A DNA stretch of 46,657 nucleotides from Octopus bimaculoides (taxonomy: Eukaryota). The notes below the pieces were generated by a model. It ran no database searches and had not been told where the DNA came from. It saw nothing but the letters and a program-made list of their open reading frames with translations. Location of the stretch: contig NC_068993.1 in the NCBI RefSeq assembly GCF_001194135.2, positions 23,919,604-23,966,260 on the forward strand. The letters are read 5' to 3'. A program made the translations under genes and the position numbers. Shown here in pieces: positions 1 to 12,068 of the stretch. Position 1 is the stretch's first letter. The number at the start of each line of letters is the position of its first letter.

Positions 1-504
1 CTTCCGATCTTCAAAACAACAAACTATCAGTTATAGCTACAGCTCACTCAGTACTGTCCTTTAAATAGAAACTACCCACGGAGTGAAAAAGCGGAACGGT
101 ACGACCATCTCTACAACGCTATATGCAGTTTCACTTTCTAAACATATAAATCATTAGATTTGAAAACATTCCTACATAAAGTAATTAGAAATCTGGTTTT
201 GAGGCGCTCTATGCTGATTTTCTTTGTTTTTACACTGTGAATCTACAGCAAAAACGTTTCGCCATGACAAAACACTCTGAATGGTCCTCTTGTCTTTGAA
301 TATGCCCCAAGCATATTTGAACTGCCAATAACCTTATATAAGTGACCAACACATGAGGAGTTTGGTGTTTGTGCCTAAATATGATTGTTACCATAGAATG
401 ACTCAAAGAGGAGAAAAAAAACAGTGAGACAAAATAATGTAAATGAAAGACCAATAAAACTCGCTTGTAACTAATTTCCAAAAGACACGTCATGCTAGAC
501 AATA

Positions 505-1017
505 CAGGGTGTCTCAGAATTAACTATATATATCTAAGCGAAATCGTACATCTTTTTTTTTAATCCTCCGTTAATTTGAGTTTATCATATTTAACGTGTT
601 AAAATTTGGTTTATAATTTTATAATTTTATAATTTCTTTTTCTTTAATTTTGTTTTCATTCTTGTTCGATCCCTCTTATCTCTCCATGACAGCTTTTTAA
701 CAATTTGGCTGTAATCATTTTCTATACCTCTATCCCCGGGATGGAATAATAGTATAGTGTACTTAAAGAAGGCATCTCATTAGCAGTGCAGGAAATAACT
801 CCTGAAATGCTTCGAAATGCGTTTTGGAACGTTTGGGATAGATTTGAAGTTTGCAGGTATTCAAGTAGAGCACACTTCAAAACGTTTGAAACGCATTTTG
901 ACGTACGATTTATAAATTTATTTCTTTGATACCATAATTAAAGCATAAACATTCAATTATGTCATTTTTTTTTTACCTTATTTCATTGAAATAGATAGAT
1001 AATTCTGACACACCCTG
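505..1017 (+). mobile_element. Tc1/mariner internally deleted element (MITE-like) retaining the transposase C-terminus
   Basis: The 23-bp TIRs CAGGGTGTCTCAGAATTAACTAT (505-527) and the reverse complement of 995-1017 match 21/23, with TA on both sides (503-504, 1018-1019). 762-890 translates to LKEGISLAVQEITPEMLRNAFWNVWDRFEVCRYSSRAHF, resembling Tc1/mariner transposase C-termini. Confidence 0.85.
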
Positions 1018-2505
1018 TATTTTAAAGAAATAAACGGAAATTGAGTATAAAAGGTTCTGTGGTATGAAATGCCGACATCTCCCCCGACATGATTATTCTA
1101 TGTGTCTTCCATCCTTTCATGTAGTTAGATGTGAATGTGTATTTATAGCAGTTCATGCAACTACGTAAAAACTGCGTCGATGGCTTGATGTTTCTACTGA
1201 TATTTAGGATATATATTTGCTATTTCTCTTCGGTTCTGCACTTAATGTCTTCTCTGTAACAACGCAAGATATCCGGCGCTATGTACAGTGCAGTTTTCTT
1301 TATCTTCAGCAGAGAAAAGTTTTTCTTGAGATTGATCATATTGCAACTCGAAAGAAATGTCGATATTAACGTTTCCTTTTTCTCTTTTTTTCGCAAACTG
1401 TATTATGCGATCAGATGTCGTGGGAAAGCATTCAAGTTAATTTTTTTCTGATTTTATTCTGGAAAGAATTTGCTTCAGCATATGGTATTGTTCTTCTGAT
1501 TGTTATAAATATACCTACGAAATATTATTACTCAATAGTGTGCACTGAACACACCATGTAGTTAGCAATCTCGACATCTTATTCGGGTTAAGTAAATCTC
1601 AGGAGATATGAATGAGCAAAAGTATTTAAGTGATTCTATGTGATATAGCTAACAAGGATTCGCTTATTTGAAATTGAAAACATCCTCGATAATAAAGAAA
1701 GAACAGTACTTCAGACTCATAACAAAAGTATATACATGTATTTATGAATCTATGTATTTGTATGTGTATATATATATATATATATATATANNNNNNNNNN
1801 TAGAGCTGCGGCCATGCTGATGCCCCACCGTATTAATATGTATATATATAAATATTTAGATTGATATACAGATAGATAGATATAGATATATATATGTACA
1901 TGCATGCATGTATGTATATTTATGCATATTTATACATAATAATTATATATATACCCACACACACACACACATATATACATATGTGTGTGTTTGTGTGTGT
2001 GCTTGTGTATGAATGCATGTATGTATGTTTGTATGTATGTATGTATGAATGCATGTATGTATGTTTGTATGTACACACGAGTGAATGGACAAACGAAAGA
2101 AAGTCGCGCTCAACACATTTGATATGAGTTATATGTATCATTTAATTAGTCTGACTCGGATCCATGCAGCATCCCCCGTCCATACACACAGTTCAGTTTA
2201 GCACCACCAATTTTGATTATTCCCACACGAAAAAGATGTCGCCTCTATAATGGTGGCTCTACATTAACCGACAGTAATATTTCGCCCTCTTATGTCGAAG
2301 AAGCAGACCGACCAGAAATAAACCAAATAACATCGCATGATCTGAGTCCATCAATAGAGGCTTAATATCAAGAAAGTAACTTGAATCTGTTTCAGTTCCT
2401 GTTACTTACTCTCCAAATACCTAACTAGCTGCATTCGTCGTAGGAGTCTTCCAAGCTCTAAGTTACGCTGTACGGTGTCAAACTATTATTAAATAATATA
2501 CATGC

Positions 2506-2506
2506 A

Positions 2507-2590
<84 letters not shown>

Positions 2591-2591
2591 C

Positions 2592-2642
<51 letters not shown>

Positions 2643-2643
2643 C

Positions 2644-2686
<43 letters not shown>

Positions 2687-2911
2687 NNNNNNNNNNNNNN
2701 NNNNNNNNNNNNNNNNNNNNNNNNNNNNNNNNNNNNNNNNNNNNNNNNNNNNNNNNNNNNNNNNNNNNNNNNNNNNNNNNNNNNNNNNNNNNNNNNNNNN
2801 NNNNNNNNNNNNNNNNNNNNNNNNNNNNNNNNNNNNNNNNNNNNNNNNNNNNNNNNNNNNNNNNNNNNNNNNNNNNNNNNNNNNNNNNNNNNNNNNNNNN
2901 NNNNNNNNNNN

Positions 2912-2968
<57 letters not shown>
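2506..2968. repeat. (ATCT)n microsatellite interrupted by an assembly gap
   Basis: Near-perfect ATCT array on both sides of the N-run 2687-2911. Confidence 0.97.
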
Positions 2969-3000
<32 letters not shown>

Positions 3001-3001
<1 letters not shown>

Positions 3002-3520
3002 GGTTATGAGTGATAGTGGTGTCAATCAGAGCCAGAGGTTTCAGGTAATGCTGAGTAAGTGCTATGGATAGACCATAGTTAAGCTCCAGGTTCAGCGATT
3101 AGGCGAATAAGGTGTCAACGTAGGTCATATATCAGCGTGTGAATATAAAGATTTACTTTTCGTAATGAGATAAAAAAAAAACAAGGCTATGTATAATATA
3201 GAACATTTATAAAGAGGTCTTACAACTGTTTCCAGGATATTTATTTTATCCCTTCATCTGAGACGGTGTAAGAGGATGGATAAGCAATAGTTAGTTTAGA
3301 TAAGATAGGAAATAGAGAGTGGATGTAGGGATAATGTACTTGTAAATCCATTGTTTAGGCAGAGTGGTATACTTATAAGATTCCAATACATTGTGAGTAA
3401 AATCCAATGGTCCTTAACATTGGTCATTGCCTTTGTAAATCCATACGCATAGGGTATTGAAATCTTAGCATCTCCATACATGGGTATTCTGTCATCAGAC
3501 ACAAGGTGGGTATGTATGAA
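3001..3520 (-). mobile_element. Putative Penelope-like terminal-repeat remnant with a degenerate hammerhead motif
   Basis: Minus strand 3264-3217 reads gtct-CAGATGA-agggata-loop-tatcct-g-GAAA-cagttg-TA-agac. The PLE assignment is inferred from this motif; the element extent is uncertain. Confidence 0.45.
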
Positions 3521-3608
3521 AGCTCTAGAGCGGGAATTCTCAGTTTATAATGGAACAAAATAGTAGATAGAAGAATAAAGAGTAAAACAGTAGATAGAAG
3601 AATACAGT

Positions 3609-3986
3609 CAGGCGTGGCTGTGTGGTAAGAAGCTGGTGTCCCAACAACATGGCTCCGTGTTCAGTCCCTCTGTGTGGCACTTTGGTCAAATGTCTTCTGC
3701 TATAGACTCGGGCCGACCAAAGCTTTGTGCGTGGATTTGGTAGACAGAAAATGAAAGAAGCAGCGTCGTATAGATGTATATATATGTTTATGTGTTTGTG
3801 TTTGTACCCCACCACCACCAACTCTTGACAAACGATGTTGGTGTGTTTACGTTTCCGTAACTTAATGGTTCGTCAAAAAAGGCCAATAGAATAAGTACTT
3901 ACAAAGAATAAGTCCGGGAGTCGATTTCTTAGCGCTGCTCAAGCATGACCGCAGCCAAATGACTGAAACAAAGAGAAGAATAAAAG
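3609..3986 (+). mobile_element. tRNA-derived SINE (octopod-type)
   Basis: tRNA-like head GGCGTGGCTGTGTGGTAAGAAG...GTTCAGTCC, body GGATTTGGTAGACAGAAA(A/C)TGAAAGAAGC, 3' end AAATGACTGAAACAAA. The same body recurs at 3987 and 16843. Confidence 0.85.
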
Positions 3987-4488
3987 CCATATGTTTCCGG
4001 GGTTCAGTCTCACTCCGTGGCACCTTGGGTATGTGTTTTGTACCATAGCCTCGAGCCGAACAAACCTTGTGAGTGGATTTGGTAGACAGAAACTGAAAGA
4101 AGCCCCACGTATATATATATATATNNNNNNNNNNNNNNNNNNNNNNNNNNNNNNNNNNNNNNNNNNNNNNNNNNNNNNNNNNNNNNNNNNNNNNNNNNNN
4201 NNNNNNNNNNNNNNNNNNNNNNNNNNNNNNNNNNNNNNNNNNNNNNNNNNNNNNNNNNNNNNNNNNNNNNNNNATATATACAGAGGGAGAGAGAGATATG
4301 TCTGTATTGTTTTTATGACCCCCTACCACCTCTTGACAACCGATGGTGGTGTGTTTACGTCTCCGTAAACTAGCGGTTCGGCAAAAGTTATCGATAGAAT
4401 AAGTACTAGGCTTACAAAGAATAAGTCCTGGGATCGATTTGTTCGAGGAAGGTGGCGCTCAGGCATGGCCGCAGTCAAATGGCCAAAA
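3987..4488 (+). mobile_element. Second SINE of the same family, 5'-truncated, in tandem, with an internal gap
   Basis: Shares GGTAGACAGAAACTGAAAGAAGCCC, CTTGACAACCGATG and GCATGGCCGCAGTCAAATG blocks with 3609-3986. Confidence 0.85.
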
Positions 4489-5270
4489 CGATATCATCAA
4501 TAGCGTCGTAGGGAAATTCTTGGGGTAAATTGGAAATGATGCGGTACTTTGGAGAAGTGGTATTAAGAGAGTAGAATCGATGATCCTGCAAAGTCATTTG
4601 CGGTAGGATGGACATCTGGTGAGAATGAATGATGAAAGACTTCCTGAATAACTTTTATAATGCGCTGGAAGATGGTAGGAATCCAGCACAGCACGCACAT
4701 CTAGAATGAGTGTCAAGGTCTGCCTCAGGATTGCTCTGACACAGTCAGGAGCTTCAATTGTTAATTGGGAGAGGAGGGCACAAGACCGAAATTGATGAAG
4801 GAATAGAGTGCACATTGGTTGTTCGAAGTTTGTAATAGAGAGAATGAAGCACAAGGAGATCAAGAGAAGGCTTAGAAAAAATGAACCTGTGGAAAAGGAG
4901 GGAGTGCTGCTTCTTATGTATGCGATTTGTGTGAGGAAATGTTTGAGTCATGCAGGCCTACTGAGCCATCGGAGAAGTCACAGGAATCACCTCCTTGTAC
5001 ATTGTGATAGGGCTTATGTTCACAACAGAACATGTACAACCTATGGAAAGATATAACTTTCAGATGAAGGATTGGAAATGCATATCAAAAGACTCCATAC
5101 TGTTGCATCTGCTCCCTTTGGCAACCAGCACAGATGTGCATTATGCAATACAGCGTGAAAATCTTTGGACGGGCTCAAGAGTCATAGAAATGACTCACAT
5201 TGCATCATCCATGATTCATTTCAATGATTCCTTCTAGCAATGACTTTGATCGTATACGAGAAAGTAGCTG
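4489..5270 (+). mobile_element. RTE-clade LINE 3' fragment (decayed ORF C-terminus with C2H2 zinc fingers)
   Basis: Frameshifted translation gives RYHQ*RRREILGVNW, then an LRW.GHLVRMNDERLP-like block, NWERRAQDRN, IERMKHKEIKRRLRK and C..C.RKCLSHAGLLSHRRSH. An (ATGT)n tail follows, as is typical of RTE 3' ends. Confidence 0.85.
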
Positions 5271-5400
5271 TGTATGTGTGTATGCATGAATTTATGTCTG
5301 TCTGTCTGTATGTATGTATGTATGCATGTATGTATGTATGTACGTACGTATGCATGTATGTATGTATGTATGTATGTATGCATGTATGTATGTATGTATA
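5270..5400. repeat. (ATGT)n microsatellite, probable RTE tail
   Basis: Direct reading; it abuts the RTE 3' end. Confidence 0.9.
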
Positions 5401-5795
5401 CTTATATGTCGTTTATCTAAATAGTGAAGGCAGATTTAGAAACAAAATATATCAATAAACCCCGAGTAAATAGATGTTTACAAAACCGATTGAAAAAGAA
5501 GTTTCTCATTCTTTTATGGTTCGGAATAAATTTTATTTCCTTACTCCAAATGTCCCATTGTAATAGATGTGTTGCATTTGTGACAACCAATACTGATTAG
5601 TTTTATTCAATGTGTACATTTATAAAAATATGAATGGAATAAAAATATTAGCTTTTGAATTAGTTTTCTTTTTCACAATACATATTACTTAATTGTAATT
5701 ATGTTTTAATGTTATTTCATATTTCTCCAGCAAATGTATCTGGAGTAGTTTCTAAGATACTCCCTTGCTAAAACGTAATAAAACGAGACAACTCC

Positions 5796-5992
5796 ATGTG
5801 TGCATTTGTATTGTGTGTGCTTGTGTTTCTGTCTTCGTGTGTGTGCGCGCGTGTGTGTATGTATGTGCGTGAGTTTGTGTGCGTGTTTGTGTGTGCATAT
5901 GTGTGCGAGATATATGTGTGTGCTAGCGAGATGTGTGTGTGTGCGCGCGAAACGTGTGTGGGTGTGTGTATGTGTGAATTGTACGTGTGTAT
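5796..5992. repeat. Degenerate (TG)n low-complexity tract
   Basis: Direct reading. Confidence 0.9.
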
Positions 5993-6681
5993 AGTGAGTT
6001 ATTACCTGCTACTTTTACGATGCAGCGCTGTACTGTTTGTCACGTGATTGGATGATCGGTGACTAAACTCACTGGTCAGGTAAACAGGTTGTTGTGGACT
6101 CTCTGCAGGATGAAAAATAAGATCTGACAGGGTGGATGAGCTACTTTTAAGATATCGATCACCGACAACGCCATTGTTGTAACGTCTGCATCTTATACGG
6201 GACAAAGATCTTATTTTGCATGTAGTATACGCCACACATTATGATCGCCATAAACAGCGTATCTGCAGAGTTCGGGAACAGAGCATGAAAGTCGATCATC
6301 ACAAATTAACTTTATCCACATAAATTCTCGTGTAATTGCCGGGTGAACAGACAGTAAACACCATCCTGACTCAAGAGCGTCAGCAATGAAAGCAACTGAT
6401 AACGTCAGTAGGCAGGTGTTAGTGGAATATTTCTGTCACGAGACTACATAATCGTGACAGTAATATGATGGTAACTGTTGGTTAGAAGAGTTATTGATCA
6501 CCTTCGTTGCAAAGCAGCTCTTTTCAGAAATGGTCACCTCAGTTATGCTATCAATATTTCTCTACCGCAAGAGTAGAGAAATATTTTTCAACAAAACTCG
6601 ACTATTTTACATTCTATTTGTAATTGCGCATCCATTTCTGTAATAGAAAATAATATCAAAGAATAAGAGTCGGGAGAATAC

Positions 6682-7080
6682 TTAAGCATCGCATCATAGA
6701 ACATTCGTACTCTGCAGGATAGTGCTAGCAAGTTTGCACGTCCAGTCGTTGTAATGGGGATACTCCGGCTAAAAATTCGTATTTTAGTCGTGCACGAAAC
6801 AAAATTTGCTGAAGCGTCCAGTCTTCAAGAATAAAGGTTACGTATTCTACAGGACTGTATGGTAGTGTGATCAGCTTCGTCAACATAGAATTTGTTTGAA
6901 GATTTGCAAGATATATATTCGGCAATTACTCACTATCATGCTTACTCCCACAATGTTAGTGTGTATGCTCCAACAGCATTGGCAGATAGTACAGAGGAAG
7001 ATCATATTTTAGTTCGCTATGGATCGATTGCTAGAAATGAATAACAATTGGAACAAGTCACTGGGATGTGAATGAAAAGG
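6682..7080 (+). mobile_element. RTE-clade LINE apurinic-like endonuclease (APE) N-terminal fragment, decayed
   Basis: Translates as LSIAS*NIRTLQD...ILRLKIRILVVHETKFAEASSLQE...GYVFY...VSVYAPT, matching the APE motifs WNVRTL, QET and SVYAPT. Confidence 0.75.
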
Positions 7081-7409
7081 CAGAGGGAACACATCTACTC
7101 ACCTATGCTTCAATTTATCCTGTTATCACCAACAGGAATTTCCACTAAAATAAAAAATAAATAAATGAATAGAAACCAACTTGGTAACATTGCCGTAATA
7201 AACACTGATATCAAATTTATCGTGTAATTGTTTGTTAATGCGACAAGCAATTTGCAGCGTTTCCTATTCCGTGAAGACACAATCTTTAAAACTCAAACCG
7301 AACTGATTGTATCACTTGAAATCATTCAAAACGTAAGTAATCTCATAGTGCTAAAACTGAAATCACAGAAGATTTGCAGATATATTATCAAAAGCAAATG
7401 TAACTTGAG

Positions 7410-7795
7410 AATTCAAGGACAGAGAAATACGTGCAAAATAGTCCAATCGGAAGAGTGCCGTCTTCTTTCAGGTCAATACAACATCTCATGCTTCCCTGAA
7501 AATCCAGCAAAAGACGTACACCTTGCCTGAGATGTTCTACTTCACTCATTGTACTCATAGGGCTTTGCACTTTCGGATTACAGTTCATATTAAGCCCTAC
7601 CGAATGTTCTTATCGAGGAAACTTCAGTTCTTTGAAAGACCGCGAAATCATTAGACCAGTTTATGTTCCAGAAAGATGTAAAGTTCTGGAAGGATGAGAA
7701 CCTGAAACCGCCTCAAACATGGAGACAGATTGTTAAACAAAATGTTGTTTTTGAAAGTTACTAAAAAAAAACACATTATTTTCCAACTCAATATT
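7410..7795 (+). mobile_element. mariner (D,D34D) transposase C-terminal remnant
   Basis: Translates as NRKSAVFFQVNTTSHASL...DVLLHSLYS*GFALSDY...LDQFMFQKDVKFWKDENLKPPQTWRQIVKQN, corresponding to the HQDNARPH, HPPYSPDLAPSDY and LP.RW...V..NG motifs. Confidence 0.85.
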
Positions 7796-7849
7796 GATGT
7801 ATCTCTTGTACATTCATTCAGCCTCTTTCATCCTGCCATTTCATCATGC

Positions 7850-8032
7850 TGAACCGCTAAACTCCACACAGTTTTTCTCTCTCTGTATTTTTTCATTGTC
7901 TCACCGTTCTTTGCTTCTTAATCCTTCCTGTCGAAGAAAGTAGGTTCGAAACGTAAAAGTCTTTTCCATTTTCCCGTTCGTTAATCTAATGCATCTGCTT
8001 GTTGTTTCTACACCTGTCTTCGTTTTGTTTTC
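7850..8032 (+). mobile_element. Putative PLE-type terminal-repeat remnant with a degenerate hammerhead motif
   Basis: cttc-CTGTCGA-agaaagtaggttc-GAAA-CG-TA-aaag at 7924-7959. The downstream flank resembles 16720-16810. Confidence 0.4.
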
Positions 8033-8071
8033 TAGCGCGAGTGTGTGTATACTTGAGTGTGTGCATGTTTC

Positions 8072-8291
8072 TTATTTCTTATTTCTTTATTGCCCACAGG
8101 AGGCTAAACATAGAGGAGACAAACAAGGACAGGCAAGGAGATTAAGTCGATTACATTGACTCCAGTGCGTAACTGGTACTTAATTTATCGACCCCGAAAG
8201 GATGAAAGGCAAAGTCAACCTCGGTGGAATTTGAACTCAGTACGTAGCGACAGACGAAATACCGCTAAGCATTTCGCCCGGTGTGCTAACG
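8072..8291 (-). mobile_element. tRNA-derived SINE (second octopod-type family)
   Basis: Minus strand has TCGTTAGCACACCGGGCGAAATGCTTAGCGG, B-box GAGTTCAAATTCC, TTTCATCCTTTCGGGGTCGATAAA and an (AAGAAAT)n tail. Confidence 0.88.
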
Positions 8292-8897
8292 AGTGTGTGC
8301 ATGTTTCGTTGCGGTCTACTGACAGTCGACATTTCAGCTTCATTGTCACTGCAGTCAACACAACTAGGTCTTTAACTTGGCCTCCAAAACGACATCTTAT
8401 GCATTTTTTTAAAGAGAGGACAATAAATCTTTATCTACAATATTTTTGCCCGTTACGGTCGAATTCCTTAAAATTAATTTAAGTAACTTATGTTTCTTTA
8501 ACATCTCTACCACAGTTCACCCGTGTACTCACAGTACTTCACACTAAGCTTTCCATATAAAAATTCAAACCATTCGCGAACAGATACGTATATCAATTAT
8601 TCTCCTCCCTTTTGCACACAGAATAAAATGCGGTTCTTATACATATGCGCACACATAAATCTACATAACACACACCTAATCTATCGCCCACATGCAGCCT
8701 ACAGAACCATACACTCTCTAACACATGCTACTATGCCAAACTCTCATTACCTTCCTCATCTCCAAATAAATGATAGATATTTAATTATGCTAACATGGCT
8801 GAATGCTCTTCATATCCCCTTTCGGCCATCTCGACAAATAGTTTGTAATTACAAATTTCTTCACAGAGTCAGTCCCTATCCCTTTATTGCTTTATTT

Positions 8898-8900
<3 letters not shown>

Positions 8901-8957
<57 letters not shown>

Positions 8958-8982
8958 NNNNNNNNNNGTCTCTCTGTCTCTA

Positions 8983-9030
<48 letters not shown>
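8901..9030. repeat. (CT)n microsatellite with a small gap
   Basis: Direct reading. Confidence 0.95.
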
Positions 9031-9034
<4 letters not shown>

Positions 9035-9206
9035 TCACTCTCTCTCTCGCTGTGTCTCTTTCTTTCATACTCTCTTTCATTGTATTTCTCCACCCCATTT
9101 TCTTTCTGCAGAAAAACAAAACTAAATATATATATACGTACACAGAGTAGAATAAATTCACTTTTGAAGTTGAAGATTTGTAAACAAATTTCTGAATTGA
9201 TAGATA

Positions 9207-9274
9207 TAATAATCCTGAATCAATAATAATCCTGAATCAATAATAATCCTGAATCAATAATAATCCCGAATCAA
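9207..9274. repeat. 17-bp tandem repeat x4 (TAATAATCCTGAATCAA)
   Basis: Four adjacent copies with one substitution. Confidence 0.92.
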
Positions 9275-9924
9275 CCAAGTTTGTTTGTTGATGCTTATAT
9301 TCCAATATACAATTATTACTTCATAGCATATTCTCCAAGAATATAGAACAAAAATATTTTGTTTTTTCCTCCTTGGAGAAATGTATACGAAGTGTGTTAC
9401 CCAAAGCAAAACTATTTAAATACATTTTTTCCAATTAATAAATAGTTTCACGTATTCCATTGATGATTCACATATGTAAAGGCCTGTCTGATGCAACGTT
9501 TACTAACTGAAACAAATTTTACGACTAATTATGTAAATCCCCACAGGAAATTTTCAATGCTTTACTCGTAATGATTTTCATTCTTTTCTTTCTTTCGATC
9601 ACTACTCTCATCAATCCAAGGAGAGCACTTATGACAGAAATTCCAAATTCATTAAGGTACAGTGGAGTATGTCACAGCCAGAGGTACGAAAGAAAATTAC
9701 ATTACTCGATGAAGTATGTTTCTTCTGACAATCAACTAGCGCACTCTAACAAGATTTTAATATGATGTAAGGTATATTTTTTCGATCCGGTTTTTTTCTT
9801 CGTTAGATGTTTCTTAATAAAATAAATATTACCAGAAAATATTAACTCCTGCATATCCCAAACATTTTTTATTGAATACTACATTTATTTAAATACACAG
9901 ACGTGTGTGTGTGTGTGTGTGTGT

Positions 9925-9987
9925 TATTTCTTTACTACCCACAATGGGCTACACACAGAGGGGACAAACAAGGACAGACAAACACGG
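9925..9987 (-). mobile_element. SINE 3' end running into a gap
   Basis: CCCACAATGGGCTACACACAGAGGGGACAAACAAGGACAG is homologous to 8095-8130. Confidence 0.7.
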
Positions 9988-10992
9988 NNNNNNNNNNNNN
10001 NNNNNNNNNNNNNNNNNNNNNNNNNNNNNNNNNNNNNNNNNNNNNNNNNNNNNNNNNNNNNNNNNNNNNNNNNNNNNNNNNNNNNNNNNNNNNNNNNNNN
10101 NNNNNNNNNNNNNNNNNNNNNNNNNNNNNNNNNNNNNNNNNNNNNNNNNNNNNNNNNNNNNNNNNNNNNNNNNNNNNNNNNNNNNNNNNNNNNNNNNNNN
10201 NNNNNNNNNNNNNNNNNNNNNNNNNNNNNNNNNNNNNNNNNNNNNNNNNNNNNNNNNNNNNNNNNNNNNNNNNNNNNNNNNNNNNNNNNNNNNNNNNNNN
10301 NNNNNNNNNNNNNNNNNNATTAATAACAATGTACACTATTGAAAGACATTGAGTAATCGGCGCGCATAATAATACTCTCAATAAATAGGGGATACGTAAG
10401 TAAATGATTCAGTATACGGCACGAGGGTGGATGAACTTGATATTAAATTCTTTTAACAAATATAAACGTAATTTCTTGGTAGACATTAAACGAGGTCATA
10501 TTAATGCTATTGAAATACACTAGAAAAACCAGTGAGGAGAATTTCGATGCAATTGATTATGAATTTAAGTTATCTACTAATCTTAATTTCTCTGGAAACA
10601 GTTATACTGTAAGAAATTGTTTTGATAATTTACACAAGCATGGAGGTAAATCCACACAATTTAATTTTCTCCCTTCTGTTCAGGAGGGCTCTTTAATGAA
10701 AAATATTACAATTGTTCATAGATATGGAACCATAATGTATTTGGACATTGTATATAGTTGAAAATCGTTTCACTCTTTCAAAGAATATTTTCGGTAATGT
10801 TTAATTGTTCAACGTTTTCGATGTTGCTATTTGGAACATTGTAGACTGCAACTAAAAAGGATTATGTGCTTTAGGCAGCTTGCAACCAAATTTAATTTTG
10901 TAGAAACAGGGGTGATGGTCTAAATTGACCGATGAGAAAAAAAACACCAGTAAAACAGACGTAGAAGAGATTGAATTAACACTTTTTCATGT

Positions 10993-11660
10993 GTGTATAT
11001 GTGTGTGTGCAAGGTTCAAGTGGTAGAAACAGAGATCTGTGAAGATGAGATGGTAGAAGTCGAACAAGAAGAGATAGAGGAAAAGCAGGAGGAGATTGTG
11101 GAGAGCGAGGAAAGTTTAGAAGAAATAGATAGAAAACCTATGCGGACTGAATCGCCGCCAAAGACACCNNNNNNNNNNCCAAAGACACCCCCCCCCACCA
11201 AAAAAAAGAGAGGGGGAAAAGTAGACAGAGAACGAAAAGGAAACCGAAAAATACGAAACTGAGACTCGAACCCATGATGCAGAGCATGGAAAAGAATTAA
11301 CAAGAAAGGAGAAGTGGATAAATTGGTGGGAAACGATGATAAACCAGAAGGATATAGCGAGGATGGAAGGAAAAGTAGAATATAAAAATATCAGAACAGT
11401 GGTTTTTTATAACAAGGATTTAGAGTTGGAGAAGACGATTGCTATAATAAAGGGATTAGTAAAACTTAAACTGGACCCTGAAACGTTTGAAGAACAAGAA
11501 AAAGCTATAGTGACCCGTTTAATTTTAAAGCAAGTGGATTTTATGTGGGTTACGACACCCTACCAAATGTAATAACGACAGAGGAGCTGAGACCACATAT
11601 AATTATTGTAGAAAAAAAATGATCATAAACGGAATAAGAGAACTGTTAAATGAAACTGCG
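10993..11660 (+). pseudogene. Purine-skewed decayed reading frame, possibly a retroelement ORF1/gag-like fragment
   Basis: Two ORFs (10993-11262, 11336-11572) join via a frameshift into an acidic, then basic, then globular-looking protein. No family motif is recognised. Confidence 0.3.
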
Positions 11661-11837
11661 AGTTATTGTTATTATTGTCATCTTTATCCTACATTTTAAC
11701 GTTATAGCCATGATGCAACGGCAAAACTCTGACTCACTACGCAGTGTCATTAGATGGTAGCCGGCATCATGAAATAGGAGCTGTACTTGCATACACTGAA
11801 CGCTACCATAAAAAATTTAAAAGATATATATATAAGC

Positions 11838-12068
11838 AATGTTAAATCTCTAAATGAAGTATTAACAGTAATTGCACGATAAAGTGAAGTATATTGCCAC
11901 TTAAGTATGGCTGACCCCTAGGGGTGGATGTTACTGTTGCTTTTAGCCCCAGGAGGACATCTCCTCCAGCTGGCTTATCGGCACACTACTGTGTCCCTTG
12001 GCAAATAGGACACAGTAGTGTGTCGATAAGCCAGCTGGAGGAGATGTCCTCCTGGGGCTAAAAGCAAC
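11838..12068. mobile_element. Centre-deleted copy of the foldback HHR element family; 61-bp hairpin
   Basis: 11838-11996 is nearly identical to 42396-42555. Arms 11936-11996 and 12008-12068 pair at 60/61 around an 11-nt loop. Truncated by a gap. Confidence 0.9.

Noticed and set aside
1894-2141. ORFs rich in Y/M/V/C or H/T/I (also 2502, 5240, 5796, 8887, 12978, 19990-20389, 22015-22279, 26663-26932, 29997, 31502, 35730, 40241)
   Set aside because: These are translations of di-, tri- and tetranucleotide microsatellites.
6357-6421. Two small hairpins closed by AACACC/GGTGTT upstream of the RTE endonuclease fragment; considered as an HDV-like ribozyme
   Set aside because: No P1/P1.1/P3 nested pseudoknot could be built, and the short stems are compatible with chance.
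9207-9274. Short direct repeats considered as a CRISPR-like array
   Set aside because: The units are contiguous with no spacers, in a eukaryotic context.
9903-10381. Long ORFs spanning N-runs (also 11975-12952 and 42623-43414)
   Set aside because: They are open only because N codons contain no stops.
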